Shown here: piece by piece, positions 9,233 to 18,271 of the stretch
How the letters are laid out: each line of letters starts with the position of its first letter
How positions within the stretch are numbered: position 1 is the stretch's first letter
Origin: Desulfovibrionaceae bacterium
GTDB lineage: Bacteria; Desulfobacterota; Desulfovibrionia; Desulfovibrionales; Desulfovibrionaceae
NCBI GenBank assembly: GCA_031082225.1
Contig: JAVHLG010000006.1
Span: 16,467-80,466, forward strand
Direction of reading: 5' to 3'
DNA length: 64,000 nt
Translations under genes and position numbers: made by a program
The notes under the pieces: model-generated
Told to the model about the DNA's origin: nothing
The model's input: only the letters and a program-made list of their open reading frames with translations
The model's database searches: none

Positions 9233-10447
9233 TTACGCCTTCCCTCCACCTCCGGATTCACCCGCACTTCCTCCACTGGAGTCTCCGGAACTACCTTTCG
9301 GCTGAGGCGGATTCATCTTCATCTCCTGCAGGCGTGATTTCAGGTGGACACCCATACTTTCAGTGTGCGAAAATTTTCCCTGCGGCTGCTGACGCGCAGC
9401 TTGGTGGCCATCCCACATGGCCCGGGCCGTTGAGGCGACCCGGCCCATGCCTGACTTCCCGGCGGCCCCTGCCACCTGGGAAGCGGTACCGAGGTTTCTG
9501 GCGGTCTGGATCGCCCCCATGGCCCCTCCCACGGCTCCACCCACGGCCCCGCCGACCATGCCGCCCGCCATGCTGGCCAAGCCGCTGCCACTGCTGCTCA
9601 CGTTGGAGCCGGAGATGATCCCGGATGCGATGCCGGGCACTTCCTTGGTCAGGAGCAGGAGGATCAGAACAGCCGCGACGTTGGCCACCAGATCAGCGAT
9701 GGAGAGACTGCCCGTTGACATGCTGCTGATGAACTGCACCCCGATCCCGGCGACGAGGGTCATGACCAGGAGTTTGAACCCGGTAGCAAAGACGTAGCGG
9801 ATGACGTTCACAGCATAGTCCTTGAAGAGCGTGCTCCCGCCCAATCCCATAAGAAGAACGGCCGCTGCAACGCCGATGTAGGCCTCACATTTCGCGAGAA
9901 TTATCATCCCAGTAATCAGGGCAAAGCAAATCAAAGCGATTGCGCATAGGACAATGATGATGAGACCTTTTATTGGCTCCCATCCGGAAAAGCTTTCAAA
10001 GGCAGATACAACCATATTTACACCTATCTCGACGGGGTCTTCAACATTGAACGACGGAGATACATCCCCTGCCAAGGCTGGGACCCCTTTTATTATTCCG
10101 TTTGTCCAGGATTCGTAATTTTCTATGCACCAAAGGAAAAAACCAATCATGAGCAGCATCATGATAAACTGCTTAATGATATTTGGGATGTCGTCTCGAT
10201 TGAGTGCGACATTTACCCCGAGCATGGCTACGCTCAGCATGGCGGACCATCCAAAGAGCTTCATGGCCACCTTCTTCAATGGTTCGATCCATTGTTGTGT
10301 GGCTTGTTCATATTTGCCGACAATCTGGCCGATAATTGTTGCTCCTCCAGTTTGAGCATAAGATTTTTCTTGCATGGCGCACACTATTGTTGCAATAATA
10401 ACTGAAACAACAACAAAGGAGATGGTAATGCGAGTGATGTCTTTCAT
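9233..10447 (-). CDS. trbL: P-type conjugative transfer protein TrbL (VirB6 family)
   Basis: I trimmed the start to the ATG at 10447 (MKDITRITISFVVVSVIIATIVCA). The protein has multiple TM segments and a Gly-rich tail (GGMVGGAVGGAVGGAMG) typical of TrbL. Confidence 0.85.
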   Translation of the reverse strand: MKDITRITISFVVVSVIIATIVCAMQEKSYAQTGGATIIGQIVGKYEQATQQWIEPLKKVAMKLFGWSAMLSVAMLGVNVALNRDDIPNIIKQFIMMLLMIGFFLWCIENYESWTNGIIKGVPALAGDVSPSFNVEDPVEIGVNMVVSAFESFSGWEPIKGLIIIVLCAIALICFALITGMIILAKCEAYIGVAAAVLLMGLGGSTLFKDYAVNVIRYVFATGFKLLVMTLVAGIGVQFISSMSTGSLSIADLVANVAAVLILLLLTKEVPGIASGIISGSNVSSSGSGLASMAGGMVGGAVGGAVGGAMGAIQTARNLGTASQVAGAAGKSGMGRVASTARAMWDGHQAARQQPQGKFSHTESMGVHLKSRLQEMKMNPPQPKGSSGDSSGGSAGESGGGGKA

Positions 10448-10664
10448 GCTTATTTCTCTGCTTGTCTTTATGATTTCTGCATGCAGCGATTCATCAAAGA
10501 TTGATGATCTGACTAAGGAAAACGCCGCTCTTGCAACAGAACTCAAAGAATGCCGTGAAGCTGCAAAAAAGACAGCTCTGCGGGAAGAAGATAATAAAAA
10601 AGAAGCAGAAGCGTTTAAACGCGTCAAAGAGGAGTTAAAAAACATGAATAAAACACCTTTTTAA
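10428..10664 (+). CDS. Small lipoprotein encoded antisense in the trbJ-trbL gap (trbK position)
   Basis: An AAGGAG Shine-Dalgarno lies 6 nt before the ATG at 10428. The N-terminus is MRVMSFMLISLLVFMISAC, with a lipobox ISAC. The mature part is about 60 aa, charged and helical. The last 27 aa are about 70% identical to the TrbJ C-terminus. Confidence 0.55.
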   Translation: MRVMSFMLISLLVFMISACSDSSKIDDLTKENAALATELKECREAAKKTALREEDNKKEAEAFKRVKEELKNMNKTPF

Positions 10665-11461
10665 AATTGTGTCTTGTTCATGTTGCTTAGTTCGTTTTTA
10701 ACTCGTTGAAATGCCTCTATCTCTTTTGCGTTTTCTTCATCTTTGATTTGTTGTCTCTTGCTGTCCTCTGCCATTTTTTGAACGTCAGCCTGGGCAGAAA
10801 CAGCAAGGAGCTGCCTGAGTTTTTGCATCTCATGGAGTTGCATGCCAGCGAGTTGGTTGCCCGCCTGAATGGCCTGCATCTGTCCCTCAGGCGTATCCAG
10901 AAGGTCGTTGAGTTGGGAATCCAGCTCAGCGGCCTTCTCTTCCAATTCTTGGATTTGCTGCCCCGACACCTGGATGGCCGCCTTTTGGGCGCGATCCCCA
11001 TCGTCCGACATCTTGGAGTACATCTCGCGGTATTGGCTCGCCGCGTTGGCCGACCGGGCAATGTCCATGATGCCCGTTCGGCCGGTGTAGACCTGATCAA
11101 AGATCTGGCTCAGTCCCTCCACATCGCCACGCAACGTGTCCAGACTGCGGGTGAGGGACATCAACCTGTTGAATTCACCTTGGAGTTTGCTTTTGATTTG
11201 TCCTGGCAGGCTGACCGTGTTTTTGATCATGTTCTCTAATTGATCGAACGTGTTTGTGACCATCTGTATCTGTTGCTGCGTTTGTTCGATGGCTTCGCTG
11301 ACCTGAGTATAAAGCTCTTGGAGCTGGGATAGATTCGTTATCCTGTCCAGGGCCTGAGTGACCCATTCAGAGCAGTTTGTGCAGTGAACCACCCACTGTG
11401 CATGTGCAGATGTGCTCATCAGGATCATTGCCAGCATGAAAATGACGCGAAGAGATTTCAT
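10661..11461 (-). CDS. trbJ: P-type conjugative transfer protein TrbJ (VirB5-like)
   Basis: I set the start at the ATG at 11461, which has a GGAG 6 nt upstream. The track start at 11473 is a TTG. The signal peptide is MKSLRVIFMLAMILMSTSAHA. The coiled-coil TrbJ pattern is WVVHCTNCSEWVTQALDRITNLSQLQELY. Confidence 0.85.
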   Translation of the reverse strand: MKSLRVIFMLAMILMSTSAHAQWVVHCTNCSEWVTQALDRITNLSQLQELYTQVSEAIEQTQQQIQMVTNTFDQLENMIKNTVSLPGQIKSKLQGEFNRLMSLTRSLDTLRGDVEGLSQIFDQVYTGRTGIMDIARSANAASQYREMYSKMSDDGDRAQKAAIQVSGQQIQELEEKAAELDSQLNDLLDTPEGQMQAIQAGNQLAGMQLHEMQKLRQLLAVSAQADVQKMAEDSKRQQIKDEENAKEIEAFQRVKNELSNMNKTQF

Positions 11462-11482
11462 GGTTTTCTCCAATACGCTTTG

Positions 11483-13891
11483 TTATGACGCACGTTCACG
11501 AAGCCATTCCATTTGCCATGTCTCTCCATGAGAGACTTCAAGCTCTTTTATCCTGGAGATGCTATCAGGATCACTTACACCAACGAACGCCAGAGTCTCT
11601 TTCTGTAACGCTAATTGTATAAGCCTGCGTCCGTTCGGAGTATCCATGTAATAATCACGCTTTGGTGTAGCTGAGGCAATGATTTCAATCTGTCGGTCAT
11701 TTAAACCGAATTTTTTGTACATATCTGCGCGAGTCTCTTGCCGTGCCGTCAGGTCGGCCAAATAAATTTTTGTCGGACACGATTCGACAATGACGTCCAT
11801 GATTCCTGAACTGGCAACGTCAGTAATGCTTTGGGTGGCCAGGATGACAGCGCAGTTCTTTTTGCGCATGACCTTCAATTGTTCTTTGATTTTGGCCTTG
11901 GCAACGGGATCGGCAAACATCACCCAGGCCTCATCGAATATGATGAAACCAGGTTGGCCATGCAGGGATCGCTCGATGTAGCGAAACAGGTAGAGCAGGA
12001 CAGGAATGATATTCTTTGGGCCAAAAGCCATAAGTTCTTCGATTTCAAAGACCATGAAACGTGATATTCCAAAGGAATCCTCGGAAGCGTCGAGCAGGCT
12101 GCCCATGGCTCCTTCAATGGTATAGTGCGTCAGCCCTTCCTTGATACGGTGATCCTGCACCGCGTCCTTGAAATGCGACAGGCTCCGGAACTCCTTCGAG
12201 TCGGCACGGAGCTGGACCATGGCGTTGTGGATGGCCGCACGGTTGCCGGGCGTGACCGTGGTCCCCTGGAGCTCAAGGAGCGTTGCGATCCATTCCTCGG
12301 CCCAGGACATGTCGGCGGGGTCGTCGATGTGGGCCAGGGGCGCGAAGGACAGGGCTTTGCCCGTGCCGATCTCGTAATGGGCGCCGCCGCACCCCTTGCA
12401 GGCGGCGTACATGCTCATGCCCTTGTCAAAGGCAAAAATCTGGGCGTTCGCGTATCTCCGGGTCTGAACGGCGATGAGCGCCAAAAGGGTGGACTTGCCG
12501 GAGCCGGTCGGGCCAAGAATCGCGGTGTGCCCCAGGTCGCGTACATGCAGGTTGAACCAAAACGGCGTGGAACCGTCTGTGGTGCAGACCATCAGCGGCG
12601 GTGAATGCTCTGGATAGAACGGGCACGGGCAGAATTGTTCGCCCGTCCACACGCTGGACAGGGGAAGCAGGTCTGCCAGGTTGAGGGTGTTGAGGATCGG
12701 CCGGCGCAGGTTCGCAAACCAGTTGCCAGGATGCGTCCCGAGCCAGGCTTCCACAGCATTGATGCGCTCAAAGCGGCAGCCGAAACCGAGACTGAGGATC
12801 AGGCGGCGCAGCTCACGTGCCCAGTCGCGTAGAAGTTCCCTGTTGTCGTGCTGGAGGACGATGCACGACGTCAGGAATCCCGCTCCCACGCGGCCGCCCT
12901 GGACGTCCACGAGCGCCTGTTCGGCGTCCTCGACCATCAGGGCCGCGTCACGGTTGGCACGGGCGTTGGGGTTGTTGAAAAACTTGTCGATGAATCGGAA
13001 TACCTTCTGCTGCCAGCCTTTCCGGAAGCTGTTGATTTCCTTGGTAGCTTCCAGTTGGTCCATGCAGATGAACCGGGTGGAATACCGATATTGAAGTTTG
13101 AGGCCGTCCAGGGCCGCCAGCATGGCGGGCCAAGATTCTTGCGGAAAACCGTCAATGCCCAGAACCGCAATGTGTTGTTCACCAACCCTGGGAGCGAGCC
13201 CCGCGATGAAATCGTCGGAGCCCAGGAGGGCATCCAGATACATCGGGATTTTGGGGACACGTACTGGCTGTTCCATCCCGGTGATGCAATGCTGAATATG
13301 AGAGAGCAAAGAACTGTACAAATGTTCTGTGCCGTCATCGTCAACGATGCTGTAATCGTTGAGACGGCGTAGTTTAAGGATTGATGATAGCGCGTCATCC
13401 AGTTCAGAGATGGTGTTTTGAAACGCGTTGATCGCCCGTTCCAGGGCGTTGGATTGCTGCATTCCGGTTTGCGCCAAAGATGAAACCCTGTCACTGCCGA
13501 ATGGAATTTTATAACTCAGGAGAATGACGGTTTTTGTCCGGAAACAGACATCATCACTGAAGAATTTCCGGCGCTCATCGTCGATAAGCTGCGAAACATG
13601 ATCCGGAAAGTGGCTGGCCTCGCGCGGAGGATAGGCGTGGTAGTTCGTCCGGACGGCATCCACCTGGATCATCCAGCCGGAGCCAAGAAGTCTCACGGCG
13701 CTGTTGAACTGCATGGAGACGTAGGCGAGTTCGTCTTCCGTGGAACTGGCCGTGTCCTGGCCCCGGGCTGTGAATCCAGCGATAAGCGTGCCGTCTTTGC
13801 AAAGGACCACGCCCGGCGCGCAAAGGACGGCATAGGGCAGTAAATCCGAAAAACCGCGCTTCTGCGTCCGGAAGTTTCGCAGGTTGAGCAT
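11483..13891 (-). CDS. trbE: Conjugal transfer ATPase TrbE (VirB4 family)
   Basis: 802 aa with the Walker A GPTGSGKSTLL and the Walker B IIFDEAW. Confidence 0.92.
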   Translation of the reverse strand: MLNLRNFRTQKRGFSDLLPYAVLCAPGVVLCKDGTLIAGFTARGQDTASSTEDELAYVSMQFNSAVRLLGSGWMIQVDAVRTNYHAYPPREASHFPDHVSQLIDDERRKFFSDDVCFRTKTVILLSYKIPFGSDRVSSLAQTGMQQSNALERAINAFQNTISELDDALSSILKLRRLNDYSIVDDDGTEHLYSSLLSHIQHCITGMEQPVRVPKIPMYLDALLGSDDFIAGLAPRVGEQHIAVLGIDGFPQESWPAMLAALDGLKLQYRYSTRFICMDQLEATKEINSFRKGWQQKVFRFIDKFFNNPNARANRDAALMVEDAEQALVDVQGGRVGAGFLTSCIVLQHDNRELLRDWARELRRLILSLGFGCRFERINAVEAWLGTHPGNWFANLRRPILNTLNLADLLPLSSVWTGEQFCPCPFYPEHSPPLMVCTTDGSTPFWFNLHVRDLGHTAILGPTGSGKSTLLALIAVQTRRYANAQIFAFDKGMSMYAACKGCGGAHYEIGTGKALSFAPLAHIDDPADMSWAEEWIATLLELQGTTVTPGNRAAIHNAMVQLRADSKEFRSLSHFKDAVQDHRIKEGLTHYTIEGAMGSLLDASEDSFGISRFMVFEIEELMAFGPKNIIPVLLYLFRYIERSLHGQPGFIIFDEAWVMFADPVAKAKIKEQLKVMRKKNCAVILATQSITDVASSGIMDVIVESCPTKIYLADLTARQETRADMYKKFGLNDRQIEIIASATPKRDYYMDTPNGRRLIQLALQKETLAFVGVSDPDSISRIKELEVSHGETWQMEWLRERAS

Positions 13892-14169
13892 CAGTTCTTT
13901 CTCCAGATGCCGGATTTCGCGGGATACATGATCTGGAGCCGCATGTGACGAAACCAGATCTTGCTCATGATCGGATCGGCCTTGGCCATTTTCCTGAGCA
14001 CAAACGTGGTCATGATGTAGAAGAGAACGGCGACGAGCCCGGAAATCAGGGTGAACCCTCCGACGCCGACCAGAAAGGAGAACAAGACGTTCAGCAGCAC
14101 AAGCTCGCGCTCCGCACCCATGACATGGTTGTGCCGGTGCAACGACTGGAAGATAGGATATGCTCGCAT
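13891..14169 (-). CDS. trbD: Conjugal transfer protein TrbD (VirB3 family)
   Basis: 92 aa with two TM segments, located between trbC and trbE. The pattern IFQSLHRHNHVMGAERELV resembles TrbD. Confidence 0.8.
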   Translation of the reverse strand: MRAYPIFQSLHRHNHVMGAERELVLLNVLFSFLVGVGGFTLISGLVAVLFYIMTTFVLRKMAKADPIMSKIWFRHMRLQIMYPAKSGIWRKN

Positions 14170-14179
14170 ACGTTAACTC

Positions 14180-14500
14180 CTAAAGGACCGCGCCCGAGAA
14201 CGAGAACAGACCTTCTACGATCGCAGACGCGAACGCGATGAAGCTGATCCCGAAGACGACGCCGAGGAGCAGCTTGAAGCCGCCCGACAAGTCGTCCTTG
14301 TTGAAGATGTAGACGACTCCGCACAGGGCCATGGCCGTGATCGAAATCCATTTTCCGGCAGGGCCGGTGATCGTGCCCACCACCTTTTCAAGAGGCGTGG
14401 CGAACTGCTCGATCCCACCCGAGGCGAACGCCTGGGGGCAGAAAATCAGAGTCAGGAACAGACAAAAGGGCACCTGTTTGGCAAAGCTCACCAGTCGCAT
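14180..14500 (-). CDS. trbC: Conjugative pilin TrbC (VirB2 family)
   Basis: 106 aa with a long signal peptide and two hydrophobic helices. It is in the canonical position after trbB. Confidence 0.8.
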   Translation of the reverse strand: MRLVSFAKQVPFCLFLTLIFCPQAFASGGIEQFATPLEKVVGTITGPAGKWISITAMALCGVVYIFNKDDLSGGFKLLLGVVFGISFIAFASAIVEGLFSFSGAVL

Positions 14501-15543
14501 TATGCAGCCTCCTCAAGCTTGTATTGTTTCCACCACTGCTCTTCTTTCACTTTCGCATTGTGATAGCGATAAATGAACTCCGTATCGTACTCTTGCTTCG
14601 ATTCGTCATACCCATGCACTTTCATTACTTCGGTTACACGCCTCCCTTCTTCAGTTTTTGCGATAAAAATGATGATATCCACAGCCTGGCCAATCAACGA
14701 TTGCATCGGAGACGAGACGCGTTCGGCAACGAGGTCGCGTAAACGTTGGAAAGTCTCGAACGCGCTGTTGGAGTGCAGCGTCCCCAGGCCCCCGTCATGG
14801 CCGGTATTCCACGATTTCAGCAGATCATGAGCGGAGCCGTCGCGGACTTCGCCGACAATGATGCGGTCGGGGCGCAGCCGGAGCGTGGTTTTGAGCAGTT
14901 TGCCGTGATTCGTGTGGTCGGTGGTTCGAAACTCCACCCGGTTGGCGCTGGTCACCATGAGTTCGCGTGTGTCCTCTATGGTAACGATCCGGTCGTGCGG
15001 ACAAAGCCGCGAGATGGTCTCGATGAGGCTGTTGGTGAGCGTGGTCTTTCCGGAGCCGGTCCCGCCGGCCACCAGGATGTTTTGACGCCGTTCTATGGCA
15101 GCCTCGAAGAAGTTCTTGAGCCCGGCCGGGAAGACTCGAGCGCTCACGTATTCGTCCAAAGTGAAAACCTTGGACGCCTTTTTGCGGATTGCGAAGGCAG
15201 GCCCGGCCACAATGGGCGCGTCCATGCCCTCGAAGCGGGAGCCGTCCAAGGGGAACTCCCCTTCGACCACGGGCTCTTCACGGGTGATGACGGTATTTAG
15301 GGCGGCGGCCACCAGGGAGATGATCCGGCGGCCCTTGTAGGTGTCGATCCGGCCGACGTTCTCCATGGGTCGACCGAACCGTTCGATCCAGAGATTCCCG
15401 TCCGGATTGAGCATGATCTCCAGAACCTCCGGGTCCTGGAGCGCGGCCAGGGCCGTCTCACCCAGGGAGGCCCGCAGGCTGACCAAGCGTTTCTCATGGA
15501 CCTGGCGTTCCGCGTCGGTGGCAAAGGCGGTGGTCTGGTTCAT
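14500..15543 (-). CDS. trbB: Conjugal transfer ATPase TrbB (VirB11 family)
   Basis: I trimmed the start to the ATG at 15543, which overlaps the stop of the upstream ORF (MNQTTAFATDAERQ...). The Walker A is GGTGSGKTT. The motifs IVGEVRD and GHDGGLGTLHSN are typical of VirB11/TrbB. Confidence 0.9.
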   Translation of the reverse strand: MNQTTAFATDAERQVHEKRLVSLRASLGETALAALQDPEVLEIMLNPDGNLWIERFGRPMENVGRIDTYKGRRIISLVAAALNTVITREEPVVEGEFPLDGSRFEGMDAPIVAGPAFAIRKKASKVFTLDEYVSARVFPAGLKNFFEAAIERRQNILVAGGTGSGKTTLTNSLIETISRLCPHDRIVTIEDTRELMVTSANRVEFRTTDHTNHGKLLKTTLRLRPDRIIVGEVRDGSAHDLLKSWNTGHDGGLGTLHSNSAFETFQRLRDLVAERVSSPMQSLIGQAVDIIIFIAKTEEGRRVTEVMKVHGYDESKQEYDTEFIYRYHNAKVKEEQWWKQYKLEEAA

Positions 15544-15980
15544 CAGTGCCCTACGTTGCTCAGGATGACGGCCAGGACGTTTGCCAGGGACATGGCCACT
15601 ACGATGATGGTGAGCCAGCGCATGTTGCTCTGGTATGTCCCGAGACTTTTGTTGCAGCTTTGAAATATAGCTTTGACCTCGGATACAGATGACTGCGAGA
15701 TACCTTTGGTGAGGGTGTCGGCAGCCTGTTTGGCTTGCTCCAAGTATTTCGATCCCTCGCCGTTCAGATACGCAGAGAATCCTTCGCGGTGCTTCGCCGC
15801 GAATGCATCGAACGCTCCCATGTAGGCGTTGAGAATCAAAACCAGGAGGCACAACGGATCATCCCTGTCGATGGAGACGCCAGCCGCGCGGTGCAGGATG
15901 GCTCTGACCTCGTCGATGCTCAGGCCAATTCCTGACTCTGGCACAGACATGGGGGATTCCGTGGTTTCCGAATTGTTCAC
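15543..15980 (-). CDS. Hypothetical protein with a C-terminal TM anchor (traM position)
   Basis: 145-aa ORF with tight overlaps to both neighbours. The C-terminal TM segment is WLTIIVVAMSLANVLAVIL. No motif is recognised, so only the position after the traL-like gene suggests a leader-operon protein. Confidence 0.5.
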   Translation of the reverse strand: MNNSETTESPMSVPESGIGLSIDEVRAILHRAAGVSIDRDDPLCLLVLILNAYMGAFDAFAAKHREGFSAYLNGEGSKYLEQAKQAADTLTKGISQSSVSEVKAIFQSCNKSLGTYQSNMRWLTIIVVAMSLANVLAVILSNVGH

Positions 15981-16825
15981 TGCATCGCTCCGATGGAAAT
16001 GACGTTGGCGTTTTGGAGCTCCTCTTTCACCTCGTTCCAGTAACGCTTCAGCCGATGCCGGGTCATGATCGAACGCGAGCTGCTGTTGATCGCGGCGTCG
16101 AACGTTTCACGCCGCGTGAGCATCGCGGCAAGGTCTTTTCCGAAGGTTGCCGCATCGTGGACCGGCAAGGTGACAACCGCATCAATGGCGAGGCCCAGGT
16201 TTTGGTAGATGCTGAAATCAAAGAATTCCTTGCCTTCGATCTGGATTCTGCCGTCTTTGGGGTTGAGCCAGACGACGAGAGGAATGTCGGAAACCAACTG
16301 GCGCAGGATGTGCTCTCCCTGGATTTCGAAATCGAAAGTGGGCACGTCTTCCGCAGGCTCGCCAAAGATTGGCGCGCTTTTAAAGTTGAAAATCAGGTCG
16401 GAGAGGCCGGTCAGGCTGTCGACCAGGCCACCGCCACCGGCAATCACCGAATGAAGCACGATTTCGTGTCCATGCTGCCGATAAACCCCCTCGGCTCCAA
16501 ATGCATCGACATCGAGGAGGTACTGGCAAAGTTGGGGATAGGCCGACGATCCGGTGTCGATCACCAGGTGGCCGTCTTCGGGCATGGCCTCCGCGATGTC
16601 GGCAATTCGGTCGAATTCCAACGGCTCGATCCTGTTTCCCTCCGCGACGATCGGGAGCACCACCACATCCAACTCACGGTAGGCACCGAACGTGTTGTTG
16701 GCGGCATCCACGTCAATGCCTCGCGCACTGACGCCGGATTCGATCAAATATTGGAGGAGAGTCACCGACGAAAATGATTTTCCAACACCACCCTTGGCAT
16801 TTATAATGTAATGTAGTGTCGCCAT
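15977..16825 (-). CDS. ParA/MinD-type P-loop ATPase (TraL-like)
   Basis: The N-terminus carries the deviant Walker A INAKGGVGKS, and a Walker B-like LVIDTGS is present. Confidence 0.75.
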   Translation of the reverse strand: MATLHYIINAKGGVGKSFSSVTLLQYLIESGVSARGIDVDAANNTFGAYRELDVVVLPIVAEGNRIEPLEFDRIADIAEAMPEDGHLVIDTGSSAYPQLCQYLLDVDAFGAEGVYRQHGHEIVLHSVIAGGGGLVDSLTGLSDLIFNFKSAPIFGEPAEDVPTFDFEIQGEHILRQLVSDIPLVVWLNPKDGRIQIEGKEFFDFSIYQNLGLAIDAVVTLPVHDAATFGKDLAAMLTRRETFDAAINSSSRSIMTRHRLKRYWNEVKEELQNANVISIGAMQ

Positions 16826-16828
16826 GTC

Positions 16829-17206
16829 TTACTCCTTTTTTTCAAGCCCTATGTGGTCGATGCCAGCTATTGTAACAAATGTTTCTTTTTCTTTGTGATG
16901 TCGTTCATGCGGACGTGGACGGTTGATAGGCGTTCGTTGTTTGTCCTGTTTGTTGTCATGTTGCAAAGAATTATTTGAGTAATGACTCTTTTTGCTGCCA
17001 AAAATTTTTCTCACGGCTTTACGGAATGTGTCATACCTCATCGTCGCCATATCTTTTGATCTGAGCAGGCGGTATATGGCTACCACGGGCCATCCCTCAT
17101 CAATCCATCGAGAGATGTCGTCCTTATGCGACAAAATAAGACGGGTTGCCTCGCCAGGGCGGCCGCAAAATTGGGCTAGTGCTATCCTGTCTTCATCAAG
17201 GCTCAT
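16829..17206 (-). CDS. Small basic DNA-binding-like protein (TraK-like position)
   Basis: 125 aa. The segment WPVVAIYRLLRSKDMATMRYDTFRKAVRKIFG resembles the conserved core of IncP-type TraK oriT-binding proteins. That resemblance is from memory and unverified. The tail is basic. Confidence 0.45.
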   Translation of the reverse strand: MSLDEDRIALAQFCGRPGEATRLILSHKDDISRWIDEGWPVVAIYRLLRSKDMATMRYDTFRKAVRKIFGSKKSHYSNNSLQHDNKQDKQRTPINRPRPHERHHKEKETFVTIAGIDHIGLEKKE

Positions 17207-17219
17207 GATGTAACCCTAC

Positions 17220-18185
17220 TTATGAAAAACAATGCAGCTCATTAAAAAATAAACCATTCAACCATTTTGAAAATCTCTCATGCATTCTTACCGCATTTCG
17301 AATTGTCTCTGCGGAAGGAAGTCTGTTCTTGATATACAAAATGTTCCATAGAGCCTTGACCATCGCGGATTCTGCGTCGGTCAACGTGCATTTCCAAAGA
17401 GCAAGGGCCTCTCGGAGCCTGTGTGCGGCCTCGGCTGGAAGCTGGAGGATAGGCGCGGGTGCCGGCTTCTCCTTTTGGAGTAAAACCGGTTTCGTTTGAG
17501 CCTCCGAGGCCCTGGCCGCTTCCAGCGGAAGCGGGTCCTCCCACCGGCGATCTTTGAGCCAGGTGTAGAGGTACGGCGCATAGCCTCGCTGCCATTTGGG
17601 GTTACGGTCACGGTGGACCTGGATCCTCTCCAGGAGGAACTCCAAAGCCGGAGCCGCTCCGGAGCGCGAGAGCCGATGCCAGTGACGCAGGGCGGGTTTT
17701 CGAGCTTCGGACCTCGGATAGGCTTCCCACAGGCGCTGAAATGCGGCTTCCGCCGCCTGCCGGTTGTATGAGGTGGATGGCTTGGCCATAGCTGGAGCTT
17801 TGGCCAGGGATTTTGTCGCTGGCGCTGCCGGGACCGGAGACGAGACCGGTATCCGGGTCTTGACCAGGTCCGGACTCGAACTCGAGTCCGGGGCGGCGGT
17901 CTGCGGATCGAGGATGTAGTAGATATTTCCGCGCCAGGGCCGTTTCCTGATGGCAATAAGGCCCAGCTCCTTCAGGCGGCGCAGATGATTTTGAACGCTC
18001 CGGACAGTCTGCTTGAGCGAGGCGGCAAGATAACGTTGCCCCGGCCAGCAATGATCCTTGTTCCCGGCGCTGTCGCGCAGGAACGCGTAGAGCACTTTTG
18101 CTCCCATGGTCAGATCAGTGCGTTTCATGATGACATCCGGCAAAATTTTTCCACGTTTTTCAAAATTCCCTGTAATAGTTCCCAT
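17220..18185 (-). CDS. Winged-HTH replication-initiator-like protein
   Basis: The N-terminal wHTH (LTMGAKVLYAFLRDSAG...QRYLAASLKQTVRSVQNHLRRLKELGLI) is of the DnaD/phage O type. The C-terminal AFQRLWEAYPRSEARK...YLYTWLKDRRWEDP is common in phage and plasmid replication proteins. An alternative start is the ATG at 18128. Confidence 0.6.
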   Translation of the reverse strand: MGTITGNFEKRGKILPDVIMKRTDLTMGAKVLYAFLRDSAGNKDHCWPGQRYLAASLKQTVRSVQNHLRRLKELGLIAIRKRPWRGNIYYILDPQTAAPDSSSSPDLVKTRIPVSSPVPAAPATKSLAKAPAMAKPSTSYNRQAAEAAFQRLWEAYPRSEARKPALRHWHRLSRSGAAPALEFLLERIQVHRDRNPKWQRGYAPYLYTWLKDRRWEDPLPLEAARASEAQTKPVLLQKEKPAPAPILQLPAEAAHRLREALALWKCTLTDAESAMVKALWNILYIKNRLPSAETIRNAVRMHERFSKWLNGLFFNELHCFS

Positions 18186-18237
18186 CTTTTCAGCCTTTTG
18201 AATCTGGCCAAAAAAAGGATAAAAAAGATGCTGACGC

Positions 18238-18266
18238 TTGACGCGCTACCCCTAAGCGGGTATGGT
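18238..18266 (+). promoter_or_regulatory. Sigma70-like promoter: TTGACG, 17-nt spacer, TATGGT
   Basis: The -35 element lies at 18238-18243 and the -10 element at 18261-18266, with an exactly 17-nt spacer. It points away from all flanking (minus-strand) genes. Confidence 0.4.
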
Positions 18267-18271
18267 TTAGT

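Noticed and set aside
14500-15852. The long N-terminal extensions in the ORF track for trbB (450 aa), and likewise for trbG (403 aa), trbL (470 aa), the Cys-rich gene (269 aa), sppA (562 aa), the GT4 gene at 53276 (567 aa), the flippase (588 aa), the radical SAM gene at 45263 (442 aa), acr3 (392 aa) and others.
   Set aside because: The extensions overlap the upstream gene, are compositionally odd (Arg/Pro/His-rich), and precede internal ATGs. Those ATGs give canonical N-termini (signal peptides or family-typical starts), often with ATGA or SD context. I trimmed the starts accordingly.
17183-17190. TATCCTGT, which matches the IncP-type nick consensus YATCCTGY, just inside the traK-like gene.
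   Set aside because: The hexamer core is expected dozens of times by chance in 64 kb on both strands. It lies within coding sequence, and no adjacent long inverted repeat is present. It is not enough to call oriT.
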